From: an uncultured Planctomycetia bacterium | Lineage (GTDB): Bacteria > Omnitrophota > Gorgyraeia > Pluralincolimonadales > Pluralincolimonadaceae | DNA length: 64,000 bases | Direction: 5' to 3' | Assembly (NCBI GenBank): GCA_964650515.1 | Contig: CAZYUB010000007.1 | Coordinates: forward strand, 20,837 to 84,836 | Part shown: positions 1 to 9,838 of the stretch, piece after piece | Numbering within the stretch: position 1 is the stretch's first letter | Layout: every line of letters begins with the position of its first letter | The notes under the pieces: generated by a model | Seen by the model: only the letters and a program-made list of their open reading frames with translations | Database searches by the model: none | Told to the model about the DNA's origin: nothing | Translations under genes and position numbers: made by a program

Positions 1-2
1 CT

Positions 3-524
3 AAGGCAAAACAAAAAAAGAAAAATGGCATTGTTATTACGCGAGAATATATAACAGGCTTAGGAAAGACGCTTTATATCAAACTATCCGAAGTAGTTCA
101 AAATGAATTAGAGTCCATAACGGAAGAAGAATGTATCGATTATGCATACAATTTAGTTCTCAATAGAACATATGAAGGATACAAGACGGAAATCGAAACC
201 ATTTATGGGCAATTAGAGTCTGCGGTCAGGAAAAAGATTGAGGCAGCGCCAGATAAGTGGGATAGAACATATAACGTGGATTTCTTTATAAAAGTCGGTG
301 ATAAATTTATAGGCATCCAGATTAAGCCGATTGAATCAGGCCAGGCGTTAAATCAGTATCAATGGGTTGAGATGCATAAGAAGAATCATGAAAAATTTGA
401 AAAAGATTTTGGAGGAAAGGCATTCTTCGTCTACTCAATAAAAAGTTCTGGGAAGAAGAAAAAAATATATAATACTGAGGTAATTGAAGAAATTATTGGC
501 GAGATAAAAAGGTTGTCAAAGTAG
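3..524 (+). CDS. 5'-truncated ORF open to window start (no stop in frame from nt 3); AT-rich hypothetical protein, possible PD-(D/E)xK-like fold (NVDFF...GIQIKP)
   Basis: Frame of ATG 276 stays open back to nt 3, about 174 aa. GC about 32% versus about 58% for the rest. D-x(n)-QxK motif. The track lists only from M276. Confidence 0.4.
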   Translation, partial: KAKQKKKNGIVITREYITGLGKTLYIKLSEVVQNELESITEEECIDYAYNLVLNRTYEGYKTEIETIYGQLESAVRKKIEAAPDKWDRTYNVDFFIKVGDKFIGIQIKPIESGQALNQYQWVEMHKKNHEKFEKDFGGKAFFVYSIKSSGKKKKIYNTEVIEEIIGEIKRLSK

Positions 525-656
525 TGTTTTTTGCGGAATCTGACCCAAGATAGACAAAGCCGCGTCGACCATTGCGGATAGTCATTTTCACAAGTAGTTG
601 TATTTCTTGGAGTTGCAGGGTTCGCCTAGCGTCCACGACTACCCGCCAGTTAAAAT

Positions 657-683
657 GAGGGTGTCCCCTTAGAGGATGGCTCC
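657..683 (+). repeat. REP-like element copy (GAGGGTGTCCCCttaGAGGATGGCTCC); supplies the ATG of the downstream radical SAM gene
   Basis: 24/27 identity to GAGGGTGTCCCCCCGGAGGATGGCTCC at 53296-53323 and to the inverted pair at 41579-41639. An in-frame TAG at 670-672 is followed by ATG 676 inside the repeat. Confidence 0.6.
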
Positions 684-2169
684 TAAAAACTTCGCGTTTT
701 GCAATGAATGCAGACAGATAGTCCCCGCGACGCATGTCGAGCGAGACAACAAGGTATATCTCTCCAAGGAATGCCCGAAATGCGGGAAGACGGAATATCT
801 CGTATCCTCGGACGCGTCGCTTTATAACAAGAAGCGCGCTTTTATGCAGGAAGCGGTGGTATCGTCGGGCTGCGGGCTCTTATGCCCGAACTGCGCCTCC
901 CACAAGAAGCCCGACATAATCTTCATAGACGTCACTAACCGCTGCAATATGAACTGCCTCATCTGCCTGAACAACCTCGCCACGATGGGCTACAAGTTCG
1001 AGCCCCGCATGGAATACTTCGACAAGATATTCAAGCATTATTCGACGTACGAGACGAAGCCATACGTGCAGCTCTTCGGCGGCGAGCCGACGATGCGCGC
1101 GGACCTCTTCGACATAATAAAGCTCGGTAAGTCATACGGCCTTTCCATGCGCGTCATAACGAACGGCCTGAAGCTTGCGGATAAGAAATACTGTGACGAC
1201 CTCATGGAACTCGGCGTGATGATACACATAGCGTTCGACGGGCTCAACAAGGCGATGTACGAGAAACTCCGCGGCCGCGCCGACGCGCTCGATTTGAAAC
1301 TCAAGGCGCTCGAGAACCTCGCGGCGCGCAAGAGGGGCAAGGTCATACTGATGACCGTCGTCGACAAGGAGCAGAACGCTTCGGACATGGCCGAATTTTT
1401 CAGGTTCAGCCAGCAGAACCTGCATGTCGTGCGCGGGATATACTTTATGCCCTTGATACATACCTGGGACAAGAAGGTCCTTGATTATAACCCCGAGCGA
1501 ACCACGCTCGAGGACGTCGAGTATATGGTCAACGCGACGATAGAGGGAGGCAACGTCGAGTTCGTCCCGCTCGGCTCGTTATCCCTGAAGAACCTCTACA
1601 GGGCGCTCGGAATAAGGAACATGCCTTTCGTCGGCGTCCACCCGAACTGCGAGAGCATAACATACCTCGTCTCCGACGGCGCGAAGTTCGTCTCGGCGTC
1701 GAAATTCCTGAAGACGACACTCTACCGCTTTATAGGTGACCTGCGCGGGCTCGAGATAAAGATATCGAAAAAATACGCGGCCGGGAAAAAACCCGGGTTC
1801 ATCGGCAAAGCCTGCATATGCATGGGAGTCCTAGGTATAGCGGCGAAACACGTCAACTTCGGCGCGCTTGTCGGGGCCAAGGGTATTGACGCATACGGGA
1901 AGTGGCTCGGGATATTCGGGAAGATAATTATTGGCAGGAAGGCGAAGGATGTTTTGCGCGATGATACGCTTATAAAAGGCGCCCTTCAAATACTTATCCT
2001 GCCGCTCGAGGACCTCAAGACCGCCGAGGCCGAACGGCTCGTGATGTGCTCGTCATGCTTCGCCTATGTCGATCCGGACACCGACGAGATAAAGACACTT
2101 CCTACCTGCACGTGGGACAACTACAAGAAACCCATAATGAAGAAAGTCGCGGAGAAGTTCAATGTTTGA
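676..2169 (+). CDS. Radical SAM enzyme with N-terminal CxxC...CxxC zinc-ribbon/rubredoxin-like domain (possible Tes/GDGT-MAS-like tetraether synthase family)
   Basis: CNECRQ..CPKCGK N-terminus; CNMNCLIC = Cx3Cx2C; GGEPT SAM-binding motif; C-terminal Cys cluster. Family assignment beyond radical SAM is inference. Confidence 0.8.
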   Translation: MAPKNFAFCNECRQIVPATHVERDNKVYLSKECPKCGKTEYLVSSDASLYNKKRAFMQEAVVSSGCGLLCPNCASHKKPDIIFIDVTNRCNMNCLICLNNLATMGYKFEPRMEYFDKIFKHYSTYETKPYVQLFGGEPTMRADLFDIIKLGKSYGLSMRVITNGLKLADKKYCDDLMELGVMIHIAFDGLNKAMYEKLRGRADALDLKLKALENLAARKRGKVILMTVVDKEQNASDMAEFFRFSQQNLHVVRGIYFMPLIHTWDKKVLDYNPERTTLEDVEYMVNATIEGGNVEFVPLGSLSLKNLYRALGIRNMPFVGVHPNCESITYLVSDGAKFVSASKFLKTTLYRFIGDLRGLEIKISKKYAAGKKPGFIGKACICMGVLGIAAKHVNFGALVGAKGIDAYGKWLGIFGKIIIGRKAKDVLRDDTLIKGALQILILPLEDLKTAEAERLVMCSSCFAYVDPDTDEIKTLPTCTWDNYKKPIMKKVAEKFNV

Positions 2170-3628
2170 TAGGCAGGTCAAGACGATATGCCCCGCATGC
2201 AACAGGGACCTCGATGGCCGCTACTACGAGGAAGGCGGCAAGATCCTGCTCGAGAAGAAATGCAGCGAGCATGGCAAGGTAGTCGACCTCGTATCGTCCG
2301 ACGCGGAGCTTTTCAAGGAACGCCTCAGCTTATTCGACCATATCAAGGACTACGGCTGCGATATCCCGAAGTGCCGCGAAGGCATCTTCAAGTGCGCTGT
2401 CCACCACATGCGCAAATCCCCGATAACCTTTATAGAGATAACGACGCGCTGCAACATGAAGTGCCCGGTCTGCTACGCGGACGCGGACGCGACCGGAAAA
2501 GACGTCCCCTTCGAGGATGTCTGCCGTATGCTCGAGGCGATAGCGAAGGAGGATAAGGAGACGCATCTCGTGCTGACCGGCGGCGAGCCGACGATACACC
2601 CGGACTTTTTCAGGATAGTCAAGAAGGCCGAGGAGCTCGGCCTGCTGCGCAGGACGTTCATTGCGACGAACTGCATAACGATCGCCGACAGGGATTTCTG
2701 CAAGAAGGTATTCGACGCGGGCATCAGGAAATTCTATTTCGGTTTCGACGGCACCGACCCCGAGGCGTGCCGCAAGCTTCGTGGGAGCCTGGCCGCGTAT
2801 GAATCGGTGCGCAAGGCGCTCAAGAACATCCGCGAGCTCGGCAAGGCGTGGATAATCCTCTCGTTCACCGCGTCGAAACAGCTGAACCTCGATAATATCC
2901 CGGAAGCGATAAAGTTCGCGATGGATAACCAGGATATCGTCAAGCGGCTCATGATAACGACAGAGTGCTTCTCCGGCAGGATAACCGACGTAAACGACCT
3001 CGTCAACAAGCGCCTGACCGGCGACTGCGTCGAGGACTTCATCTGTAAGAAGATAGGCGCGCGGACGGTCACATTCCCGCTCGCGGCGTTCTATATATTA
3101 TTGAAACCCCTGAAATTCGCGAAGCTGATAGATGCCGACAAATGGGTGACATCTACTTTCAGCCCGATGTGCGGCCAGATGGGGATGGTGATCTCACAGG
3201 ACGGCGAATTGAAGTCGATGATAGACCTCGTTGTCAGGGACCCGCGCAAAAATATCTACAAATGCGGCCGCGAGATAGACATGCTCGCCAACAAAATGGA
3301 AAAAGCGCCGTGGATCGTGAATCATTTGTTCTATCTTCCGCTGTATTTCATAAAGTTGCTCTCTTACGTCAACGGAAGTTTCCTCCGGAAGGCGCTCGCG
3401 GTATCCATAAAGAGCGGATTCAACTCGAAGAGGATAAAGAAGGCGCTGCTCGGAGAAAAAAGAGTGGAGCTATACTATCTTTTGGGTTCCGACAAATATA
3501 ATTTCATCTGGGACAGGATGCCGCACTGTGCGACCCACCATTACCGCATTCACCCGACGACAAAACAGGTCATAAAGGTCCCCGGTTGCCTCGTCTTCGC
3601 GTTCAGGGAAGAGCTGAAAAATTATTGA
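2162..3628 (+). CDS. Radical SAM enzyme, tandem paralog of the upstream gene (zinc ribbon + Cx3Cx2C)
   Basis: CPACNRD..CSEHGK ribbon; TTRCNMKCPVC; LTGGEPT. Start overlaps the stop of the previous gene by 8 nt. Confidence 0.8.
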   Translation: MFDRQVKTICPACNRDLDGRYYEEGGKILLEKKCSEHGKVVDLVSSDAELFKERLSLFDHIKDYGCDIPKCREGIFKCAVHHMRKSPITFIEITTRCNMKCPVCYADADATGKDVPFEDVCRMLEAIAKEDKETHLVLTGGEPTIHPDFFRIVKKAEELGLLRRTFIATNCITIADRDFCKKVFDAGIRKFYFGFDGTDPEACRKLRGSLAAYESVRKALKNIRELGKAWIILSFTASKQLNLDNIPEAIKFAMDNQDIVKRLMITTECFSGRITDVNDLVNKRLTGDCVEDFICKKIGARTVTFPLAAFYILLKPLKFAKLIDADKWVTSTFSPMCGQMGMVISQDGELKSMIDLVVRDPRKNIYKCGREIDMLANKMEKAPWIVNHLFYLPLYFIKLLSYVNGSFLRKALAVSIKSGFNSKRIKKALLGEKRVELYYLLGSDKYNFIWDRMPHCATHHYRIHPTTKQVIKVPGCLVFAFREELKNY

Positions 3629-3692
3629 TTGACTTAATCTTTATTTAGGCATAGAATCGTTCCGTTGAACTCATAAAAGGATATAATACGTA

Positions 3693-5360
3693 ATGTCTTA
3701 TATAGTCTTCGCACGCAAATGGCGGCCGAAAGACTTCGACAGCGTCCTTGGTCAAGAGCACGTCACGACCACCCTCAGGAACGCGATCGCGAATAACAGA
3801 GTCGCCCATGCGTACATTTTTTCCGGCCCGCGCGGTGTAGGCAAGACCACTACAGCACGCATCTTCGCAATGGCCCTCAACTGCAAAGAAAACAGCGGAA
3901 AGGGCCCGAGCGGGTTGCGCCACCCCTGTGGCGCGTGTGACTCGTGCAAAGAGATCTCCGCGGGCACCAACCTCGATGTCATCGAGATAGACGGCGCCTC
4001 GAACCGCGGCATCGACGAGGTCCGCTCCCTCCGTGAGAACATAAAGTTCGCCCCCACCCGCGGGAAATACAAGGTATATATAATAGACGAAGTCCATATG
4101 CTCACCGAGGAGGCGTTCAACGCGCTGCTCAAGACCCTCGAGGAGCCGCCGGCCCACGCGATATTCATATTCGCCACGACGAGGCCGTATAAAGTGCCGT
4201 CAACGATAATCTCGCGCTGCCAGCGCTTCGATTTCAAGCGGCTGACCGTCAACGAGATAGCCGGGAAGCTGCGCGATATAGCCAAGAGCGAAAAACTCGA
4301 TATAGAGGAAGAGGCGCTTTATACCATAGCCCGCGCGGCCGAGGGCGCTATGCGCGACGCGGAGTCGATGCTAGACCAGCTCGTCTCTTTCTGCGGCAAG
4401 AAGATAGATGTTGAGAGCGCGGCGTCGGTATCGGGTACGGTCGGGCAGGAAGTCCTCTTCGGGTTCACCGAAAAAGTGATAAGCAAAGACACCCCGGGCA
4501 TATTAAAGCTCGTAGACGGCATGATAAGCGGCGGCAAGGACATACCCCAGTTCATAAATTCGCTCGTTACGCATTTCAGGAACCTGCTGATAACGAGGAC
4601 CGCCGAAGCCGGCGACCTCACGGGGCTCATAGACCTTCCGAAAGAGATGATATCCAGGTTATCCGAGCAGGCGAAGCCGTTCACGAACGAGACGCTCCTC
4701 TATATATTGACGGTGCTGATGAACGCGCAGGACGAAGTCCGCCGCGCGATATCGCAGAGGATACCGCTCGAGCTGGCCGCGATACGGCTCACGCGCCGCG
4801 ACGACATAATGTCGCTGACGACGATACTCGGCCGCATAGAAAAACTCGAGAAGAAACTTAGCGGCGCAGATGCTCCCGAGAAACATGAATCAAAACCCGC
4901 CAAAGCCGAGGTAAAAGAAAACAATATAGAGGTCGATATAGAAATCGTGCCGGCGGCCGCCGTAAGCAAAGCCCTTTCGTTCGAATTGATATGCGAGACA
5001 TGGCCGGACCTGCTGCGCGGCATATTATCGAAGAAGATGTCGGTGGCGCTATTCCTCCAGCCGGCCCAGCCGCTCAGGCTCGACGACAGGATACTCACGA
5101 TAGCTTTCGCGAAAGAGCACAAGTTCAACAAGGAAGCGCTCGAGAGCAACGGCAACAGGAAGATAATAGAGAACGCGCTGAATGATATATTGAAGCACGA
5201 GATAAAAGTGGACATGAAAGTGGTCGAGGCCCTAGAGAAGAAGGTATCGGTAGAGGACCTGCTGCAGGAAGAGCATGAAGAAGAAGCCCACGAAGTGGTA
5301 AGATCCGCCCTCGAGATATTCGGCGGCAATCTCAAGAAGACCGACAACGCATCCTACTAG
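3693..5360 (+). CDS. dnaX: DNA polymerase III subunit gamma/tau
   Basis: N-terminal RKWRPKDFDSVLGQEHV, Walker A GPRGVGKTT, zinc module CGACDSC, and typical domains III-V. Confidence 0.95.
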   Translation: MSYIVFARKWRPKDFDSVLGQEHVTTTLRNAIANNRVAHAYIFSGPRGVGKTTTARIFAMALNCKENSGKGPSGLRHPCGACDSCKEISAGTNLDVIEIDGASNRGIDEVRSLRENIKFAPTRGKYKVYIIDEVHMLTEEAFNALLKTLEEPPAHAIFIFATTRPYKVPSTIISRCQRFDFKRLTVNEIAGKLRDIAKSEKLDIEEEALYTIARAAEGAMRDAESMLDQLVSFCGKKIDVESAASVSGTVGQEVLFGFTEKVISKDTPGILKLVDGMISGGKDIPQFINSLVTHFRNLLITRTAEAGDLTGLIDLPKEMISRLSEQAKPFTNETLLYILTVLMNAQDEVRRAISQRIPLELAAIRLTRRDDIMSLTTILGRIEKLEKKLSGADAPEKHESKPAKAEVKENNIEVDIEIVPAAAVSKALSFELICETWPDLLRGILSKKMSVALFLQPAQPLRLDDRILTIAFAKEHKFNKEALESNGNRKIIENALNDILKHEIKVDMKVVEALEKKVSVEDLLQEEHEEEAHEVVRSALEIFGGNLKKTDNASY

Positions 5361-5372
5361 AAGGTAATACGC

Positions 5373-5975
5373 ATGCCCGGCTACACAAGGACAATGGAGA
5401 AGCTCATAGCGGAGTTCACGAAGCTTCCCGGCATCGGGCCGAAATCAGCCGAGCGCATAGTGATGCATATCCTGAAATCCCCGCGCGAACACGCCGCGTC
5501 ACTTTCCGAATCGATAATCAAGCTCAAGGACACGATAGGTTTCTGCAAAAACTGCTTCAACCTCAGCGAAGGCGAGGTCTGCCACATCTGCTCCGACCCG
5601 CAGAGGGACAAGACGACGGTCCTCGTGGTCGAAAGCCCGAAGGATATACTCGCAATAGAGAAGACGGGCTCCTACAGGGGGCTCTACCACGTCCTGCTGG
5701 GCTCGATATCGCCCCTGGACGGCGTAGGGCCGGACGAGCTCAAGATAAAGGAGCTCCTGCGCAGGATCAAGGCCGACAAGATAAAGGAAGTGATACTGGC
5801 CACCGACGCGGATACCGAAGGCGAGACGACAGCCCTGTATTTATCGCAACTCCTTAAAAGCCAAAGCGTTAAGACAAGCCGCATAGCTTACGGCCTGCCC
5901 GTCGGCTCCCACCTCGAATACGCCGACCAGGCGACCCTTTCGAGGGCCCTCGAAGGCCGGAATCAAATTTCTTGA
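5373..5975 (+). CDS. recR: Recombination protein RecR
   Basis: HhH motif LPGIGPKSAERI, C4 zinc finger CKNCFNLSEGEVCHIC, Toprim region. No ybaB lies between dnaX and recR. Confidence 0.95.
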   Translation: MPGYTRTMEKLIAEFTKLPGIGPKSAERIVMHILKSPREHAASLSESIIKLKDTIGFCKNCFNLSEGEVCHICSDPQRDKTTVLVVESPKDILAIEKTGSYRGLYHVLLGSISPLDGVGPDELKIKELLRRIKADKIKEVILATDADTEGETTALYLSQLLKSQSVKTSRIAYGLPVGSHLEYADQATLSRALEGRNQIS

Positions 5976-6000
5976 CACAACGGCCCTCCTCTGGTAAAAT
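5972..6000 (+). promoter_or_regulatory. Consensus sigma70-like promoter TTGACA-17-TAAAAT
   Basis: Perfect -35 hexamer overlapping the recR stop, a 17-nt spacer, and TAAAAT at 5995-6000. Lies upstream of the TTG-start membrane gene at 6042. Confidence 0.55.
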
Positions 6001-6041
6001 TTAACCCAATACCTACCGTTTTTATCCTGTAAGGAGGCCTT

Positions 6042-6842
6042 TTGAAGGTCACAAGGGCGGTCGGCCAGGGTTTTTCCGCTACCCATAAGGGATGGCCAAT
6101 TATAGCGGTAATTTTTGTCTTTTACGCGGTCATAAGGTTCTTTTCCGCCCCGAACGAAGAGATACCTCCTTACCTTAAGAGTTTGGGCGACTGGGGCATT
6201 GCCGCGCTGATATTCCTGGCCATGTGCTTGGGCATCAATTATATCATCGCGGGCGTCCAGGCATACGCAAGGGACGGGATAAAAGACGGGCGGTACGGTT
6301 TCAAAGGGTTCTTTCGCAACTGCAACAGGTATTTTTTCGTACAGCTTGGCATCAGTTTCCTGCTCAGCATCCCCATGTGGACTATCGCGTTTCTCGCGGT
6401 ATTCCTGCTCGGGGGCGCTATGTCGGTCGCGGATAAGTACCTGTTCACCGCGGCCGTGCTCGGGGTATCGGCGGCGGTCCTGTCGATGGTCCTCGCGGTG
6501 ATCTTCGCGCTCGCTTCGGAATCATGGTCAATAGCGGCCGCTGACAGCAGGGGGATAGTCAGGTCGATAGGCAGGAGCTTCGCGTTCTGCGGACAGAGGT
6601 TCTTCAGCGTCATCGGGCTGCTCATGCTGATATGCGTGTCATGGCTGCTGATATCGCTGGTTGTATGGATAGCTTACGCGTTCATTTTACAGGGCTTCAG
6701 GTACCTGGGCCTTGAAGGTTACGGGTTTATTTTACGTGAGGTCACGGGATGCGCGCTTTACGCGTATTTCATCCTTTTCACGGCCTCGTCGTTGATGGCG
6801 TATTATTTAAACAACAGGAAGGAAGATGAAAGGCATAACTGA
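6042..6842 (+). CDS. Polytopic membrane protein, hypothetical (TTG start after GGAGG)
   Basis: About 6 predicted TM helices; no recognisable motif. Confidence 0.5.
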   Translation: MKVTRAVGQGFSATHKGWPIIAVIFVFYAVIRFFSAPNEEIPPYLKSLGDWGIAALIFLAMCLGINYIIAGVQAYARDGIKDGRYGFKGFFRNCNRYFFVQLGISFLLSIPMWTIAFLAVFLLGGAMSVADKYLFTAAVLGVSAAVLSMVLAVIFALASESWSIAAADSRGIVRSIGRSFAFCGQRFFSVIGLLMLICVSWLLISLVVWIAYAFILQGFRYLGLEGYGFILREVTGCALYAYFILFTASSLMAYYLNNRKEDERHN

Positions 6843-7398
6843 AGTAGTATGGCACGGAAGGGGCGGGCAGGGCGCGGTAACCGCGGCAAAGTTGCTCGGC
6901 GAAGCGGCCCTCCGCGAAGGCAAGAATCTCCAGGCATTCCCGGAGTTCGGAGCTGAGCGTACGGGCGCGCCTGTAAGGAGCTTCACGAGGTTAAGCGACA
7001 AGCCCATCACGATCCACTGCTCGATAACGGCGGCGGATTGCATCGTGGTGCTCGACCCGACGCTCATTGACGTCGTCGACATCACCGAGGGCATGAAGGA
7101 CGACACCTCGATAGTCATCAACACGGTCTTCTCGCCGAAAGAGATACGCGAGAAGCTCGGCATCAAAGGCGGCAAGATATTCACGGTCGACGCGACGTCG
7201 ATATCCGTGGCGAAGGTCGGGCGCAACATCCCGAACATGCCCATGGTCGGCGCGCTGCTCAAGGCGACGGGCCTGATAAAGCTCGAGAGCCTGACCGATA
7301 CGTTCAAGGAGAGTTTCGCGGCAAAGTTCACGCCTGAGGTCATCAAGGGCAACCTTGAGGCGATAGAGCAGGCGTATAAAGAGGTAAAGGCGGAATAA
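6826..7398 (+). CDS. porG: 2-oxoacid:ferredoxin oxidoreductase gamma subunit (pyruvate/ketoisovalerate type)
   Basis: VWHGRGGQGAVTAAKLL motif; first gene of a four-subunit gamma-delta-alpha-beta arrangement. Confidence 0.8.
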   Translation: MKGITEVVWHGRGGQGAVTAAKLLGEAALREGKNLQAFPEFGAERTGAPVRSFTRLSDKPITIHCSITAADCIVVLDPTLIDVVDITEGMKDDTSIVINTVFSPKEIREKLGIKGGKIFTVDATSISVAKVGRNIPNMPMVGALLKATGLIKLESLTDTFKESFAAKFTPEVIKGNLEAIEQAYKEVKAE

Positions 7399-7399
7399 A

Positions 7400-7705
7400 A
7401 TGGCAAAAACGGAAAAGGTAAAATTACCGAGCTGGAAAGAAGTGGTGATAGGCGGAATAAATCCGGATGCCGGCAGCGCGATGAAGTATAACAGCGGCAC
7501 ATGGCGCACGTTCAAGCCGGTCTGGTCGAACGAAAAATGCATCCAGTGCAACGCGTGCTGGATACACTGCCCGGATTCCTCGATAATGATAAAGGACGGC
7601 AAGGTTTGCGGCATCGATTACGAGCACTGCAAGGGCTGCGGCATCTGCGCCGCGATGTGCCCGCCCAAGGCAGGCGCAGTTAAAATGGTCAAGGAAGAGA
7701 AATGA
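7400..7705 (+). CDS. porD: 2-oxoacid:ferredoxin oxidoreductase delta subunit (2x[4Fe-4S] ferredoxin)
   Basis: CIQCNACWIHCP and CKGCGICAAMCP. Confidence 0.8.
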   Translation: MAKTEKVKLPSWKEVVIGGINPDAGSAMKYNSGTWRTFKPVWSNEKCIQCNACWIHCPDSSIMIKDGKVCGIDYEHCKGCGICAAMCPPKAGAVKMVKEEK

Positions 7706-8883
7706 GCAAGAAACTATTAGCGTTAACTGGTAACGACGCGGCGGCTTACGCGATGAAACAGATCGATCCCGACGTAGTGGCGGCATATCCCATCACGCCG
7801 CAGACGTCGCTGATGGAGAAGTTCGCGCAGTTCGTCGCCGACGGCGAATCGAATACTGAGATCGTATTGGTAGAGTCCGAGCATTCCGCGATGTCGGCAT
7901 GCGTCGGCGCTTCATGCGCGGGAGCGCGCGTGATGACGGCTACATCGTCGCAGGGCCTGGCTCTCATGTGGGAGATAGTTTATATCGCCTCGAGCTACCG
8001 CCTGCCGATAGTGATGCCGCTGGTAAACAGGGCGCTCTCCGGGCCCATCAACATACATTGCGACCACGGCGACGCGATGGGCATACGCGACTCGGGCTGG
8101 ATACAGCTCTGGGCCGAGAACGCGCAGGAGGTCTACGACAACCTTTTGATGGCGATAAGGATAGCCGAGAACTCCGACGTGCTGCTGCCAGTCATCGTAA
8201 ATTACGACGGTTTCATCATCAGCCATGCCATCGAGAACATGTACCTCTACGATAGCGGGGAAGTGAAGAAGTTCGTCGGCGAATACAAGCCGAAATACAC
8301 GCTGCTCGACCCGAAGAAACCGACGACGTTCGGAAGCTTCGACCTGCCGGATTATTACTTCGAGCACAGGCGCCAGATGGCCGCGGCGATGACGGGTTCC
8401 TTCAAGGTCATAGCCGATGTCGCCAAGGAGTTCTCGAAGATATGCGGGCGCGAATACAAGAACCTCGAGGGATACAAGCTCGAGGACGCCGAGATAGCGA
8501 TCGTGGCACTCGGCTCGACGGTAGGCACCGCGCGCGCCGTAGTCGACGAGCTCCGCGAGAAGGGCATAAAGGCGGGTATCCTCAAGATACGCACCTTCAG
8601 GCCGTTCCCGGAGGATGAGATAGCCGACGCGCTCAAGCACCTCAAGGCGGTGGCTGTCCTCGACCGCGCGGACGCGCTTAACGCGGTAGGCGGGCCCCTC
8701 TTCGATGAGGTCAGGGCCGCGCTTTACAAGAAGTCGGTCATACCGGCTGTAAATTACGTATACGGCCTCGGCGGACGCGATATGGGCTTCCCCGAGATAA
8801 ATAAGGTATACGCCGATCTCGCAGAAATTGCGAGATCGGGCAGGGCCGCAAACCTTGTGACATACCTGGGGGTGAGGGACTAA
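7702..8883 (+). CDS. porA: 2-oxoacid:ferredoxin oxidoreductase alpha subunit
   Basis: N-terminal LTGNDAAAYAMKQIDPDVVAAYPITPQT; the ATGA overlap with porD implies translational coupling. Confidence 0.88.
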   Translation: MSKKLLALTGNDAAAYAMKQIDPDVVAAYPITPQTSLMEKFAQFVADGESNTEIVLVESEHSAMSACVGASCAGARVMTATSSQGLALMWEIVYIASSYRLPIVMPLVNRALSGPINIHCDHGDAMGIRDSGWIQLWAENAQEVYDNLLMAIRIAENSDVLLPVIVNYDGFIISHAIENMYLYDSGEVKKFVGEYKPKYTLLDPKKPTTFGSFDLPDYYFEHRRQMAAAMTGSFKVIADVAKEFSKICGREYKNLEGYKLEDAEIAIVALGSTVGTARAVVDELREKGIKAGILKIRTFRPFPEDEIADALKHLKAVAVLDRADALNAVGGPLFDEVRAALYKKSVIPAVNYVYGLGGRDMGFPEINKVYADLAEIARSGRAANLVTYLGVRD

Positions 8884-9812
8884 TGGCAAACTTAAAAGAA
8901 CTCAATAAGAGAAAAGAACTCCTCTCCGGCGGCCACAGGATGTGCGCGGGTTGCGCGTCGCCTATAATCATAAGGCAGATGGGCCTGTCGCAGGAGATAC
9001 CGCTGGTGGTAGGAAGTGCCACGGGCTGCCTCGAGGTCTCAACGACGCCGAATCCTTTCACGGCGTGGAACTCGAGCTTCGTCCATTGCGCTTTCGAGAA
9101 CTCCGCAGCCACCGTATCGGGTGCCGAAGCGGCATACAGGTCGCTGAAGCGCCGCGGCAAGGTGAAGGAAGAGCTCAGGTTCGTCGCGTTGGGCGGCGAC
9201 GGTGGCACGTACGATATAGGGTTACAGTCGCTTTCGGGCATGCTCGAGCGCGGCCAGAGGATCCTGTATCTCTGCTACAATAACGAAGCTTATATGAATA
9301 CTGGCGTCCAGCGCTCGGGCGCGACACCTATGGGCACACAGACGACAACGGCGCCCGTAGGCAAGGAATCCATAGGGAAGAAGCAGTTCCCGAAGGACTT
9401 GACAGCCATTGCGGTAGCGCATAGAATACCGTTTGTGGCGCAGGCGTCACCGAGCCACTGGAACGACCTTATAACGAAGTCGCAGAAGGCGCTCTCCGTC
9501 GAAGGCCCGGCGTTCATGAACGTCATTTCGCCGTGCCCTCTCGGGTGGGGATACTCCTCCGAGAAGACGATAGAGATAGCGAAGCTCGCGGTTGATACCT
9601 GTTTCTGGCCTCTCTTCGAGGTCGAGAACGGATTGACCTGGAAGCTCAGCTACAAGCCCGCGGCAAAGAAGCCGATAACCGACTACCTCAAGGCGCAGGT
9701 GCGTTTCCGCCATCTTTTAAGGCCGGAGAACGCCGCCGTGGTAGAAGCGATACAGAAGAGGGTAGACGACGATTGGGCCGCGCTTAAGAAACGCTGCGGC
9801 GTAGAAGAGTAG
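8883..9812 (+). CDS. porB: 2-oxoacid:ferredoxin oxidoreductase beta subunit (thiamine-pyrophosphate-binding)
   Basis: CAGC motif, GGDGG thiamine-pyrophosphate motif, TAATG overlap with porA. Confidence 0.88.
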   Translation: MANLKELNKRKELLSGGHRMCAGCASPIIIRQMGLSQEIPLVVGSATGCLEVSTTPNPFTAWNSSFVHCAFENSAATVSGAEAAYRSLKRRGKVKEELRFVALGGDGGTYDIGLQSLSGMLERGQRILYLCYNNEAYMNTGVQRSGATPMGTQTTTAPVGKESIGKKQFPKDLTAIAVAHRIPFVAQASPSHWNDLITKSQKALSVEGPAFMNVISPCPLGWGYSSEKTIEIAKLAVDTCFWPLFEVENGLTWKLSYKPAAKKPITDYLKAQVRFRHLLRPENAAVVEAIQKRVDDDWAALKKRCGVEE

Positions 9813-9838
9813 CATCGTTCTTTAGATAGAGTTTCCGC

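Noticed and set aside
734-919. Numerous 60-130 aa alternative-frame ORFs inside the genes (for example 2188-2556, 4991-5185, 17297-17977)
   Set aside because: Typical GC-rich out-of-frame ORFs with Arg/Pro/Gly-rich products, fully nested in strongly supported genes.
5360-5373. Missing ybaB/ebfC between dnaX and recR
   Set aside because: The gap is only 12 nt, so the gene is absent here. This is a common variation, not an anomaly worth a finding.
7912-8889. 325-aa minus-strand ORF antisense to porA; similar cases at 34972-35943 and 39406-40341
   Set aside because: High-GC antisense frames that fully overlap well-supported plus-strand genes.
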